DNA from: an uncultured Chloroflexia bacterium
GTDB taxonomy: Bacteria > Chloroflexota > Limnocylindria > Limnocylindrales > CSP1-4
NCBI GenBank assembly: GCA_963757595.1
Contig: CAVWRX010000005.1
Location: 1,508-65,507, forward strand
Reading direction: 5' to 3'
DNA: 64,000 nt
Each line of letters starts with the position of its first letter. Within the stretch, counting starts at the first letter, position 1. The translations under genes and the position numbers were made by a program. The notes beneath the pieces are model-generated. The model searched no databases. It saw only the letters and a program-made list of their open reading frames with translations, and was not told the DNA's origin. Below are positions 45,841 to 55,766 of the stretch, in pieces.

Positions 45841-46692
45841 TCAGCTCAGCCAGTGCCCGCCGCGGGCCACCCGCTCGATCGCATACGGCGCGACGATGAC
45901 GTACTTCCCGGCCAGCCCTGCAGACCAGGAACGGAACGCGTCGGCGGCCGGCCCGGATGTCGTTCGCGAACTGTCGGTGCCGCCGCCGGGGAGCGAGGCC
46001 GTGCCGTTGCGCGCCACGAACTGACGGCCAAGGGCCGCGATGGAGAGGGACTGCCCGGGCTTCGGGCTGGGTCCCCAGGTCTTCGAGCCATATGGATACA
46101 GCGGGTCGAGGATCACGACGGAGGTGACCTCGAAGTCGTCGGTCAGAAGAGGGTCGGCCGTGGCCGTGAAGCCGGCCATGACCCAGGCATGGCGGCCCCG
46201 CCACACCAGGAGCCCAACGGGCCGGTTGGTCTCGCGCATCGCCCGGGCAGCGATCCGGAGCGCGCCCTGGAGATCGGTCGACCCGACGGTCCGATAGGTC
46301 CCAGCCTCCAGCGTGTTCAGCCCTGCCGTCCAGCCACGGACGCTCGCGCCCTGCCGGACGACCCCGTCGGGTCGTTGCCCGCTCAGCGAACGGGCAAGAT
46401 CCTGGAGCCGGAGCTGTGTCGCCGCGGTCCGATCGTCGACCGGCCGGATCATGTTCAGCATCATCTGCATGCTCGCGCCGACGCACTGGACGAAGTTGGT
46501 CTGGGCCACGAAGTCGCCGGGGCGCGACAGGTCCAGGGAGAAGGTGGCGTTGGCGACCGCCGGCGCGGGCCCGGCTGCGCCGTTCGCCGGTACCCCCCGA
46601 GCGACCGCACCCGTGGGGGCAACGACGGCAAGGCCGATCACCGTGGCCAGGACCAGGATCAGGCGGCGAGGAGCCCCGACGCGAGACCGCAC
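45841..46692 (-). CDS. secreted hypothetical protein, possibly a papain/C39-like cysteine peptidase fold
   Basis: 283-aa ORF. Signal peptide RRLILVLATVIGLAVVAPTGAVA. The segment QTNFVQCVGASMQMMLN resembles a Cys-nucleophile motif. The family call is weak. Confidence 0.5.
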   Translation of the reverse strand: MRSRVGAPRRLILVLATVIGLAVVAPTGAVARGVPANGAAGPAPAVANATFSLDLSRPGDFVAQTNFVQCVGASMQMMLNMIRPVDDRTAATQLRLQDLARSLSGQRPDGVVRQGASVRGWTAGLNTLEAGTYRTVGSTDLQGALRIAARAMRETNRPVGLLVWRGRHAWVMAGFTATADPLLTDDFEVTSVVILDPLYPYGSKTWGPSPKPGQSLSIAALGRQFVARNGTASLPGGGTDSSRTTSGPAADAFRSWSAGLAGKYVIVAPYAIERVARGGHWLS

Positions 46693-46696
46693 ACCC

Positions 46697-47588
46697 TCAC
46701 CCTACCCCAGGCCCGCCCTCGGTGCCGTAGCGGTCGACGAGGCGCTCGAGCTCTGCCAGCGCTCGCAGGTCCTTCGGCCGACGCGCACCACCCTTGGATG
46801 CGAGGAGCGACGCCGGCGAGGCAACGACGACGGACCGCCCGGCGACCGTCGACCGTGATCGTGTCCTCGGCGAGTCCCCGATGGTCGAGGGAGCCGCGGC
46901 CATCCGGCCCGAGCGTCTCGAAGACGATGTCGAGGTCTCCCAGGTCCGTCTCGAACAGGTGATCCAGCGCACCGATCTCCGCCACCGGACGCCAGGCGAC
47001 GGCCTCTTCGTCGGTGACCCAACCGGGGACGTCGACCCGCGGCCGAGCGCCGATTGCCTCGAGGACGCCGGCGAGGCGCCCCAGGTTATCGGCGTCGGGC
47101 GCTGGGCAGATGTCGAGGTCGCCCGGGGCGAGATCGGCGCCGAGGAGCGCGGCTGCGCCGGATCCGAGGACGAGGAAATCCACGCGCGCGGCGTCAAGGC
47201 GGGCCAGGAGCGCGGGCACGTCCGGCGGTCGACGTGCGTCCGGCCGCTCGATCGGGCGGTAGGTGCCGTCGGCATCGCGCGGGATCACCCGGACTTCCGT
47301 GATCGCGCGCCGGCTCAACGGTCCATATACGTGCGGAAAGCGCTCGTCGCCGTCGTAGCGCCACGGCGCGTCGAGCCGGCGGAGGGCAATCGTGAGGACG
47401 ACATGAGGCCCGGCCTCATCGAGATAGAACTCGTTGGCCACATCGACGAGGTCCGTCATCCGGTGCGTGAGGTGGACGAAGCCCTCGGTCTCGAGCGACG
47501 CCGCTCGGAATGGTGCGTCGGCGGCGGTTCCAGCCCAGGCCGCCTCGGGCGCGAGGTGGTAGGCGATGGGCGTCTGGACGGCCCCCAT
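46697..47588 (-). CDS. DUF952-like N-terminal domain fused to a minimal nucleotidyltransferase-fold domain; frame broken near the 3' end
   Basis: ORF 46659..47588. The N-terminus reads AYHLAPEAAWAG...EGFVHLTHRMTDLVDVANEFY...FPHVYGPL. The second half reads VDFLVLGSGAAALLGADLAPGDLDICP. The true C-terminus VVVASPASLLASKGGARRPKDLRALAELERLV is in the frame of ORF 46697..47275. The break lies near 46834-46850. Confidence 0.6.
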
Positions 47589-47590
47589 CG

Positions 47591-48379
47591 TCAGGCTGCC
47601 ACGGACGGGTCCACGTACCCCACGTACTCGACGACCGTCCGGAATCCCAGCCGTTCGTAGACTGGGTACCCCATGTCACTAGCCTGGAGGATCGCGGCGT
47701 CGCAGCCGGCCGCGACGCCGTCGACGACGACGCGCCGGGTGATCGCCGCACCGTAGCCGCGGCCTCGCGCGGATTCGATCGTGGCGATGTTGTAGACGCC
47801 GATCGTTCGCCCCGACCGGATGCCGACGCCGGTGCTCACCGGCCGGCCGCCCTCGTAGCCGACGTAGATCGGGGTGTCGGCACGATCGATGAGGGACGGG
47901 ACGACGACCGCCCGCAGGATGTCCTCCGGGAGCTCGAAACCCGCCGCCCCGGTCGAGATGTGGTCCTCGAGGCCGCGGAGGTCGCGGACCCGCCGGACCT
48001 CGAACTCCGGCAGGGCATCGGCGACGGCAGCCCGCGCCGGGTACCAGGCCATGCCGGGCATCCAGGGCTGCTCGGAGATCGGGACGAGTCCGAGCTCGCC
48101 CATGAGCGGAACGAATCGATCGTCGCGGCCGGACCGGAGGTTGACGACGAAGGGACCGCGGCCCTCGCGCATGACCTTTACGCCGGCGGCGATCGCCGCC
48201 GGGAGCGTTGCGTCGCCGTCGACGACGACCTGGTTGAACAGCACGAAGGGCAGCCCGGTGGAGATGATCGCCGCGCCGTCCGCGCGCCACACTCGGGCAC
48301 GGGCGACGTTGGCGCAGAACGAGGTCATCGCCTGGATCATGTTCTCGTGCTCGAGATCAGCGAGATCAGCATCGTTCAC
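47591..48379 (-). CDS. GNAT-family N-acetyltransferase
   Basis: ORF 47591..48460. Acetyl-CoA loop IESARGRGYGAAITRRVV, with C-terminal GYPVYERLGF. The start was chosen at GTG 48379; 48403 or 48460 are possible. Confidence 0.75.
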   Translation of the reverse strand: MNDADLADLEHENMIQAMTSFCANVARARVWRADGAAIISTGLPFVLFNQVVVDGDATLPAAIAAGVKVMREGRGPFVVNLRSGRDDRFVPLMGELGLVPISEQPWMPGMAWYPARAAVADALPEFEVRRVRDLRGLEDHISTGAAGFELPEDILRAVVVPSLIDRADTPIYVGYEGGRPVSTGVGIRSGRTIGVYNIATIESARGRGYGAAITRRVVVDGVAAGCDAAILQASDMGYPVYERLGFRTVVEYVGYVDPSVAA

Positions 48380-48518
48380 GCGCGAACCGTAGCATCCACG
48401 CATCGACGAGGAACGAGAGTTCGCCAGCTCACCCGATGATCTCGACCCGATCATCGACACGGCGATCGCACGCGTCCTCGCGGCCCTGCCCCATCCGTTC
48501 GCCGAGCACCTGCCGAGC

Positions 48519-48803
48519 GTGGCGATCGTCGTCGAGGACGAAGCGACGCCCGAGCAGCTCGAGAGCGTCGGCGCGCACGGCCTCTACGGCCTGTACCAGG
48601 GCATCCCGAGGACGCGGCTCTCGGCCGACCGGATCGCCGTCCCCAGCAAGATCACGATCTTCAAGGGTCCTCTGGCGCGGGCGAACCGAACCCCTGACGG
48701 ATTCGCGGCCGCCGTCGAGGCGACCGTTCGGCACGAGATCGCCCACCACTTCGGGATCTCCGATGAGCGCCTCCGGGACCTCGAGCGCCGGACGCGACCC
48801 TGA
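48519..48803 (+). CDS. DUF1025-type zinc metallopeptidase-like protein (start unresolved)
   Basis: ORF with HEIAHHFG near the C-terminus and LYGLYQGIP. Family-like sequence (DDLDPIIDTAIARVLAALPHPFAEHLPS) continues in frame upstream to about 48393 with no canonical start codon. Confidence 0.65.
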   Translation: MAIVVEDEATPEQLESVGAHGLYGLYQGIPRTRLSADRIAVPSKITIFKGPLARANRTPDGFAAAVEATVRHEIAHHFGISDERLRDLERRTRP

Positions 48804-48821
48804 GCCGGAGCCGAAGCCGCA

Positions 48822-50129
48822 TCAGGCGGTGAGCGGCTCGGCATGCGGTGGCAGGGTCTGGCCCGACAGGTGCCGACCCAGGAGCCACCACAGGAGGAGG
48901 CTGCCGTAGAGGCCGAGCGACGCAAGGAGCAACAGGGCCGTGCCGGCCGGTCCTCCCGGTGCGGGGGCCACCAACCAGGGCAGGGGCTGGACCAGGATGC
49001 AGGCCGCCCAGGCGAGGAGAAGGCGGCGGTCGGTGGGCGTGAGCTCGCCGAGAGTCAGGCGGGGCGCCGTGACCGCGATCAGGAGACCGGCGGCAGGCAG
49101 CACAAGTGACTCGTTCCAGAACGAGGTCTTCGGCGCGCCCGCGGTCGCACCGACCAGGATGAAGGCCACGGCGATCGCGGCCCCATGCGGCGTCGCGAGG
49201 CGAGCGCGGCAGCGCCACAGGACCAGGAGCGTGACGAGCGCGAGCACGGCGGTGAGGGCTATCGCCACGGGCAGCGGATCGAACGCCCCTGGAGCGAGCG
49301 CACCGAGCCGGTCGGAGGACTGGACGACCCGGCTCACGAACGCGTTGATGGACTGGTTCGTGAAATACGGATCCGGACTGAACAAGGCCCGAAGTTCAGC
49401 GCCGCCGCCGACCGTGTCCGGCTGCACGATCGCCGCGAGGACGAGCGGCAGTCCCGCCCCGGCGATGATGCCGGCCGCGGCTGACCGGCGACCGGCCAGC
49501 CAGAGCGGGACGAACACGACGCCCGGCACGAGCTTCACGATCGCAGCCAGACCGATCGCGATCCCCCCGGCGGCTGCGCGCCCGACCGGCCTGAAGATCG
49601 TCAGTAGCCCGATGCCCAGGACGCCGGCAACCAGGAGGTTCGCCTGGCCGTCGAGGAGGGATCCGGCAACCGGCGGGAAGGCGCCGGCGAAGAACGCGGC
49701 CAGGCGGAGCCGGCGTCGCTCGGCCCCCGGGTGCATCGCACGCAGCCAGGCGGCGACCGCCGTCCCGAAGACCACCAGCGACAGCAGGTTGAACGTCACG
49801 ACGGCGACGTCGAACGGCAGCGCACCAAGCGGGATCATCGCGAAGGCGAACGGGATCGGGTACGAGAACCCCGTTCCGAGCGCGAAGACGTCCTTCTCGT
49901 GCGCGGCCAATTGACTCATCGCGGCCAAGTCGTAGGGGGACGTGCCCGTGGCCAGCAGCCGGCCCGCGTACCAGTAGATGTGGAAATCGTTGTAGAGGTA
50001 CGGGTGGCCGATCCAGGCGGCGACGATCCAGCAGGCCAAGGGCCCCGCGACGGCCAGGAGGGCCAGCGTCGCGAACCGTTCGGTGGATGCCGGGCCGGAG
50101 AGTCGCGCGCCGGGCGGCGGCGAGCTCAT
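48822..50129 (-). CDS. GT87/DUF2029-family polytopic membrane glycosyltransferase
   Basis: ATG at 50129 within ORF 48822..50750. About 11 TM helices, with DFHIYWYAGRLL near the N-terminus. ATGA overlap with the upstream ADH stop. Confidence 0.75.
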   Translation of the reverse strand: MSSPPPGARLSGPASTERFATLALLAVAGPLACWIVAAWIGHPYLYNDFHIYWYAGRLLATGTSPYDLAAMSQLAAHEKDVFALGTGFSYPIPFAFAMIPLGALPFDVAVVTFNLLSLVVFGTAVAAWLRAMHPGAERRRLRLAAFFAGAFPPVAGSLLDGQANLLVAGVLGIGLLTIFRPVGRAAAGGIAIGLAAIVKLVPGVVFVPLWLAGRRSAAAGIIAGAGLPLVLAAIVQPDTVGGGAELRALFSPDPYFTNQSINAFVSRVVQSSDRLGALAPGAFDPLPVAIALTAVLALVTLLVLWRCRARLATPHGAAIAVAFILVGATAGAPKTSFWNESLVLPAAGLLIAVTAPRLTLGELTPTDRRLLLAWAACILVQPLPWLVAPAPGGPAGTALLLLASLGLYGSLLLWWLLGRHLSGQTLPPHAEPLTA

Positions 50130-51190
50130 GCTTCCGACGCCCTCGATCGGCCTCCCGGGAGTATCACCGTCATCCCGGAGGCGACCGCGGGCCCGCTCAT
50201 CGCCATGAGCGCCTCGGGCGCCTCGTCGAGCGTGATCGTTCGGCCCACGAGGCGATCCGGGCGCAGTCGCCCGTCGGCGACAAGCGTGAGCATCGCCGGG
50301 TAGTCGCGCGCGGCCATGCCATGGCTGCCGACCAGCTCGAGCTCGCGAGAGAGGACCCGGTCCATCGGGATCGCGGCCCTTGCCGCGGGGCCGACCATCA
50401 GCCCGACCTGGACATGGCGGCCCCGTCGACGAAGGGCGCTGACGGAGTTGAAGCTGGTTTCCGCACTGCCGAGGGCATCGATCGAAACGTGGGCGCCGCC
50501 ATCGGTCGCGGCTTCGACGGCGGTGGGGACATCGACGCCCCGCGCGTCGATGAGCACCTCGGCCCCGAGGGACCGCGCTGCGTCCAGGGCCGCCGGCGAG
50601 ACATCCACGGCGACGACACGGGCGCCCGCCGCGACGGCGATCATTACCGCCGACAGGCCGACGCCGCCGCAGCCGTGAACCGCCACCCAATCGCCATCGC
50701 CGGGTCGGCCCTGGGCCATCACGGCTCGATAGGCCGTCGCAAACCGGCACCCAAGGGATGCCGCCGTGACCGCGTCGAGGTCGTCCGGCAGCGCGATCAG
50801 GTTCACGTCGGCACGTGCGATTGCGACATGCTCGGCAAACGATCCCCAGCGGTTGAACCCCGGCTGGTCCTGCTCGAAGCAGACCTGCTCATCACCGGCG
50901 ATGCAGGCCGGACAGGCACCACAGGCCCCGATGAACGGGAAGGTGACTCGCGCTCCCGGACGCCAACCCGTGACGTCTCGCCCGACCGCCTCGATGATCC
51001 CGGCGAACTCGTGGCCGGGAACGTGCGGCAGCCGGATGTCGGGGTCGTGGCCCATCCAGCCGTGCCAGTCGGAGCGGCAGAGTCCGGTCGCCTCGACCCG
51101 GATGATTGCTCCGTCGTCCGGGACGGTCGGGTCGGGCACCACGCGAACCTCGACCGGTCCCTGGAACGCGTCGAACTGGACCGCGCGCAC
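50126..51190 (-). CDS. zinc-dependent alcohol dehydrogenase (MDR family)
   Basis: 354-aa ORF. Catalytic zinc motif: GLCRSDWH ... GHEFAGIIEAVG. Structural zinc motif: CGACPACIAGDEQVC. Cofactor loop: VHGCGGVGLSAV. Confidence 0.9.
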   Translation of the reverse strand: MRAVQFDAFQGPVEVRVVPDPTVPDDGAIIRVEATGLCRSDWHGWMGHDPDIRLPHVPGHEFAGIIEAVGRDVTGWRPGARVTFPFIGACGACPACIAGDEQVCFEQDQPGFNRWGSFAEHVAIARADVNLIALPDDLDAVTAASLGCRFATAYRAVMAQGRPGDGDWVAVHGCGGVGLSAVMIAVAAGARVVAVDVSPAALDAARSLGAEVLIDARGVDVPTAVEAATDGGAHVSIDALGSAETSFNSVSALRRRGRHVQVGLMVGPAARAAIPMDRVLSRELELVGSHGMAARDYPAMLTLVADGRLRPDRLVGRTITLDEAPEALMAMSGPAVASGMTVILPGGRSRASEA

Positions 51191-51199
51191 CCGACGGCC

Positions 51200-52042
51200 C
51201 TACTCGGCCGTCTTGCGGGCCCGGCTCAGCAGTCCGGACTTGGGCCCCAGGGCAAGGGCGATCAGGAAGGTGGCCGTCTCGACGAGGACGACGACCGCGC
51301 CGCTCGCCGTGTTCGTGTAGAAGCTGATGTAGAGGCCCATCACCGGCGCGACGATCCCGACCGTGACCGCCACCCCGAGCATCCTCGAGAACCGATCGGC
51401 GACGAGCTGCGCCGTCGCGGCGGGTGTCACCAGCATCGCCACGACGAGGATGATCCCCACGGCCTGCAGGCTGATCACGATCGTCAGCGCGATCAACCCC
51501 AGGAAGAGGTATTCGAGGGCGCCCACCGGGAGGCCAGAGGCCGCGGCCGAGAGCGGGTCAAATGTCGAGTAGAGGAGCTCCTTCCAGAGCACGACCACGA
51601 TCCCGAGGACGATGACGCTGAGTGCTACCAGGGCCACCAGGTCGGATGAGCTGATGCCGAGCGGCTGTCCGAAGAGGAACCCGAAGAGATCGCCGACGTA
51701 GTGCGGGATCGTGCTGAAGAGGAAGATTCCGAGGGCGAACATGCCCGCGAAAAGGACGCCGATGGTGGTGTCGCTGCGGAGCCGCCCCCGTCGCGTGATC
51801 CAGCCGATCGCGAGCGCCGTGCCGACCGCCGCGACGGTCGCACCCAGGTAGAAGGGGACCTTCAGCAGATAGGCCGCGACGACGCCCGGGAACGACGCGT
51901 GGCTGAGCGCATCGCCCATGAAGGCGAGCCCTCGCAGGACCATGTAGGTGCCGATGACGGCGCAGACGAGCCCGACGAGCATCGAGGCGGCAAGGGCCCG
52001 GACGAAGAACTCGTACCCGAGCGGGTCCAGCAGGACGGTCAT
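51200..52042 (-). CDS. metal (Zn/Mn-type) ABC importer permease
   Basis: 280-aa ORF with 8-9 TMs. It has the ZnuB/MntB/TroC-like layout and a 4-nt overlap with the ATPase gene. Confidence 0.85.
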   Translation of the reverse strand: MTVLLDPLGYEFFVRALAASMLVGLVCAVIGTYMVLRGLAFMGDALSHASFPGVVAAYLLKVPFYLGATVAAVGTALAIGWITRRGRLRSDTTIGVLFAGMFALGIFLFSTIPHYVGDLFGFLFGQPLGISSSDLVALVALSVIVLGIVVVLWKELLYSTFDPLSAAASGLPVGALEYLFLGLIALTIVISLQAVGIILVVAMLVTPAATAQLVADRFSRMLGVAVTVGIVAPVMGLYISFYTNTASGAVVVLVETATFLIALALGPKSGLLSRARKTAE

Positions 52043-52872
52043 CGCGTCGGCCCTGCCTCGTCGTCGTGATGATGGATCTCGCCGCCGGAGGCCTGGTCGT
52101 GGTGATGGGCGTCGTCGAGGACGACCGCGCGGTCACCCAGGTACAGCACGTGCCCGCCGTACGTCCGGCGCAGGACGTCGGCATCGAGGACGAGGCTGGC
52201 GTCGCCATGGACGATGACCGTCCTGTTGAGGGCGACGATCGATCGGAAGTGCTGCGCGGCGGACGCGAGGTCGTGGGTGGTCGCGATCACGGTCTTGCCC
52301 GCCTGGGCCTCGGCGTCGAGGATCCGCATCAGGTCCTCCTGCGTCGCGTTGTCGACCCCGGTGACGGGCTCGTCGAGGAGGTAGAGCTCCGGGTCCGAGG
52401 CAAGCGCCCGGGCCAGGAAGACACGCCGCCGTTGGCCACCCGACAGGGCGCCGATCTGGCGCCGCGCCAGGCTCGTCATCCCGACCTGCTCGAGAGCCCG
52501 AGCGACGGCCTCGTGATCGGCAGGCCCGGGACGGCGGACCGGGCCGAGCCTCGGATACCGGCCCATCATCACGACGTCGAGCGCGACGACCGGGAACGAC
52601 CAGTCGACCGCCTCGGCCTGGGTCACGTAGGCGACCGATCGCGCGTGCTGGCCGGGAGGCCCGCCAAGGACGTCGATCAGGCCGGACCACGGTTTCAGGA
52701 GGCCGGCGATGAGCTTCAGGAGGGTGCTCTTGCCGCCGCCGTTGGGACCGACGATGGCCGTCAACGAGCCGCGCTCGAGGGCCAGGTCGACATGCTCCAG
52801 CACCGGCCGGTCCGTATAGCCGACGGTCACGTCGTCCAGATGGACGCTCGGTGGCGCTGCCACGACGCTCAT
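52039..52872 (-). CDS. metal ABC importer ATP-binding protein
   Basis: Walker A GPNGGGKST, signature LSGGQRRRVFLARA, Walker B YLLDEPVTG. The His-rich C-terminal tail (DDAHHHDQASGGEIHHHDDE) suggests metal sensing. Confidence 0.9.
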   Translation of the reverse strand: MSVVAAPPSVHLDDVTVGYTDRPVLEHVDLALERGSLTAIVGPNGGGKSTLLKLIAGLLKPWSGLIDVLGGPPGQHARSVAYVTQAEAVDWSFPVVALDVVMMGRYPRLGPVRRPGPADHEAVARALEQVGMTSLARRQIGALSGGQRRRVFLARALASDPELYLLDEPVTGVDNATQEDLMRILDAEAQAGKTVIATTHDLASAAQHFRSIVALNRTVIVHGDASLVLDADVLRRTYGGHVLYLGDRAVVLDDAHHHDQASGGEIHHHDDEAGPTR

Positions 52873-53792
52873 TTCAGGGCAGCTACCAGCTGGTCCGTGT
52901 CCCAGCGGATCAACCCCACGTAGGAATCGACGGGTGGCTCGCCGAGCGAATCGTCGAAGAGGTTGGCAACGACCTTCGCGCCGGTTTCGTGGGCGATCTG
53001 GTCGACGAGATCGGTCGGGAACTGGTTCTCGGAGAAGATCGCCTTCACCCCGCTCGCCTTGATCGCGTCGATGAGCGCGGCGATCTCGCCGGCGCTGGGA
53101 TCCTGCCCGGGTGCCTTCACGGCAACCCCGACAATCGTCAGCCCATAGGCACGTGCGAAGTATGGCAGCGCATCGTGGAACAGGACGAACTTGCGGTCGG
53201 ACTCGGGGATCGTCCCGACCCGGCTTCGCACCCAGGCGTCGAGGTCCGCGAGCTGTGCGTCATAGGCGCCCGCGTTCGCCTCGTAGCTGGCCGCGCCGGC
53301 CGGATCGGCCTGGGCCAGGGCATCCCTGATCCTCGTCACATATCCCCGTGCGTACGTCACGTCCAGCCAGAGGTGGGGGTTCTCCGTTCCGGGTTCGTCG
53401 CCGGGCAGCAGGACGACGCCGGGCAGGTCCTCGCCGAGCCGAACCGTGAGTGCGTGACTGGACGCGGCCGTGAGCGTCTCCTGAAGCCAGTCGTCAAGCC
53501 CGAGCCCGTTCATCACGATGAGCCCGGCCGCGGCGACCGCCCGGACATCATCCGGCTTGGCCTGGTACGTGTGGACGTCGGCGCCCGCAGGGACGAGGCT
53601 CGTCACGAACACGCGACTGCCGCCAACGACGCGGATCATGTCCGCGAAGACCGTCGTCGTGGTGACGACCGTGAGCGCCTGGCCCGAGACCTGGCCGCTG
53701 GCGGAGGGGCCGCCGATGGCGCCGCACCCGGACACGGCGATCACGAGGCCGATCAGGACGGCGAGGGATCCTGGCAGACGAGCCGGTCGCAT
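52869..53792 (-). CDS. metal ABC importer substrate-binding lipoprotein (ZnuA/MntC/TroA cluster 9)
   Basis: ATG at 53792 within ORF 52869..54209. Lipobox LVIAVSGC. Segments: HTYQAKPDD, NPHLWLD, FHDALPYFA. Confidence 0.85.
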   Translation of the reverse strand: MRPARLPGSLAVLIGLVIAVSGCGAIGGPSASGQVSGQALTVVTTTTVFADMIRVVGGSRVFVTSLVPAGADVHTYQAKPDDVRAVAAAGLIVMNGLGLDDWLQETLTAASSHALTVRLGEDLPGVVLLPGDEPGTENPHLWLDVTYARGYVTRIRDALAQADPAGAASYEANAGAYDAQLADLDAWVRSRVGTIPESDRKFVLFHDALPYFARAYGLTIVGVAVKAPGQDPSAGEIAALIDAIKASGVKAIFSENQFPTDLVDQIAHETGAKVVANLFDDSLGEPPVDSYVGLIRWDTDQLVAALK

Positions 53793-53798
53793 CGATCC

Positions 53799-53828
53799 AT
53801 ATTGAGACTCAGTCGCAGTAAGCGTCAA
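53799..53828 (-). promoter_or_regulatory. candidate promoter giving a leaderless or near-leaderless metal-importer mRNA
   Basis: On the minus strand: TTGACG (53828-53823), an 18-nt spacer, then CAATAT (53804-53799), only 6 nt before the ATG at 53792. No Shine-Dalgarno sequence is visible. Confidence 0.3.
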
Positions 53829-53972
53829 GCGTGGAGGCCTGCTTGGGGCCGGTGAGGGGCTGGATGGCCCGCATCGTCCGGGCCCTGAGGACCTATCCGC
53901 TCGCGGTCGCGTCGCCGAACGTAGATGGCGTCGAGCGATCGTCGCACGGCGGAAGGGAGCGCCTGACCCGGC

Positions 53973-55766
53973 ATGAGCGGTCGCCCAAGCCTGACCGACC
54001 CTGAAGCGGACGCCGCCGATCTCCGCGTCCTGAAGGTCCTGGCGATCGTCCTGCCGGTCACGGCCGTGATCGTCGGCGAGTTCGTCCGGGCGAACCTCAT
54101 CGATCGATCGTTCGGCACCGACGTCGAGCACCTGATCTCGGGCGGCCTCGCGATCGTGGCGATCCTGGTCTTCACATCGCTGATGCTTGTCGGCATCCAG
54201 CGCGCCCAACGGTCACTTGTCCGCCAGAACCGGGACCTGCGGCTCGCCACCGCCGTCTCGAGCGGGCTCCAGGGCGACGACCCGGTTGACGAGGCGATCC
54301 AGCGGACCCTGACGACGATCCTGCACGCGACCGGCTCCGCGTCCGCAGCGGTGGCGATCCTGGACGACCCGGATACGCACGCGGGCGCTCGAACCCTGCA
54401 CGTGATGGCCAACGCTCCCGTCGACGCCGCCGGAACGCCGATCGAGGTCGCCCTCTGGTCGGGCGTCGACCTCGTCGGCCGGTTGACGCTCATGCCGGCG
54501 GCCGGCGTCGCGTCGGAGCCCGTGGATCGCGGTGTCCTCGACCTGATCGGCCACGAGCTGGCGTCCGCGATCCAGATGCGCCAGATGCTCGTCGACCTGC
54601 GGCGCCGACGGAACGAATCGGCCGCGCTGTACGACGTGGCCCTCCAGGTGACCGACCGCCAGCCGCTGGTCGGAATCCTCGGTTCGATCCGCGAGCACGC
54701 CCGGGACCTCCTGCGTGTCGACGAGGCGGCAATCTGCCTGACGGAGGCCGCTTCCGCCGCACTTCGACAGGCCCACCTCGTCGAAACGCCCCTTGGGGCC
54801 GGCGACGGCATCATCTGCATTTGTCCGACCGATCGCGGGCCGCTCGAGCGTCTCCACCCGGAGGACCCGCGCTGCCCTGTTCGCGACTCCGATCGATGGT
54901 CCATGAAGACGAAGGCGCCCCTTCGCAGCTCGGACGCGGTGCTCGGCGAGCTGTGGGTCGGCAGCCTGTCGGCCGAACCGCTCGACGAGCGCGACCGGGA
55001 GCTCCTGGCCGGCCTCGCCGATCTCGCGGCGATCGCGATCGTCAGTGCGAACCTGCGCGAGCGCGAGGCGATGGCGGCGATCGTCGCCGAACGGGAGCGG
55101 ATCGCGCGCGAGATGCACGACAGCCTCGCCCAGGTGCTGGCGACGTGCCATCTCCGCCTCTGCGCCCTTGAGCGACGCTCGGAGGTCGCGAGCCAGCCCA
55201 GTCTCGTCGACGAGATCGTGGCACTCGGATCGATGACCCACGAGGCCTACGTCGACGTGCGCGAGGCGATCCTGGGCCTCCGCGAGTCCAGCCATGCCGA
55301 TCGCGAACTGCTCACCAGCCTGCGCATCTACCTCGAGAAGTTCAGCCATCAGACGGGACTTGACGGGCGGCTCGAGACGGAGCTTCCCGACGATCTCTGC
55401 CTTGCGCCGGGTGCCGAGATCCAGGTCATCCGCGTCATCCAGGAAGCCCTGACCAACGTCCGCAAGCACGCCGGCGCGAGCGAGGCCGTCGTCCGGGTGG
55501 CCAATGACGGGGACGGCGTCTGCCTCGTCGTCCAGGACGACGGTCGCGGCTTCGACCCAGCCGAGGTCGGAACGCGTGATGACGGCTTTGGCCTGCATGC
55601 CATGCGCGAGCGGATGACGCTCGTCGGTGGATCCCTGTCCATCCACTCCACCCCGGGCAAGGGGACGCGGGTCGTCGCCCGCCTGCCCGCGGCCGGGTCC
55701 AACTCATCTGCATCGAGGCACGTCCGTGATGAACACGCCGAGTCCTACGCGCATCTTGCTGGCTGA
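53973..55766 (+). CDS. membrane GAF-sensor histidine kinase (HisKA_3 / NarX-DesK class)
   Basis: 597-aa ORF with two TMs and two GAF-like regions. H-box REMHDSLAQ, N-box QEALTNVRKHA, G1 VQDDGRGF, G2 GFGLHAMRER. Confidence 0.85.
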   Translation: MSGRPSLTDPEADAADLRVLKVLAIVLPVTAVIVGEFVRANLIDRSFGTDVEHLISGGLAIVAILVFTSLMLVGIQRAQRSLVRQNRDLRLATAVSSGLQGDDPVDEAIQRTLTTILHATGSASAAVAILDDPDTHAGARTLHVMANAPVDAAGTPIEVALWSGVDLVGRLTLMPAAGVASEPVDRGVLDLIGHELASAIQMRQMLVDLRRRRNESAALYDVALQVTDRQPLVGILGSIREHARDLLRVDEAAICLTEAASAALRQAHLVETPLGAGDGIICICPTDRGPLERLHPEDPRCPVRDSDRWSMKTKAPLRSSDAVLGELWVGSLSAEPLDERDRELLAGLADLAAIAIVSANLREREAMAAIVAERERIAREMHDSLAQVLATCHLRLCALERRSEVASQPSLVDEIVALGSMTHEAYVDVREAILGLRESSHADRELLTSLRIYLEKFSHQTGLDGRLETELPDDLCLAPGAEIQVIRVIQEALTNVRKHAGASEAVVRVANDGDGVCLVVQDDGRGFDPAEVGTRDDGFGLHAMRERMTLVGGSLSIHSTPGKGTRVVARLPAAGSNSSASRHVRDEHAESYAHLAG

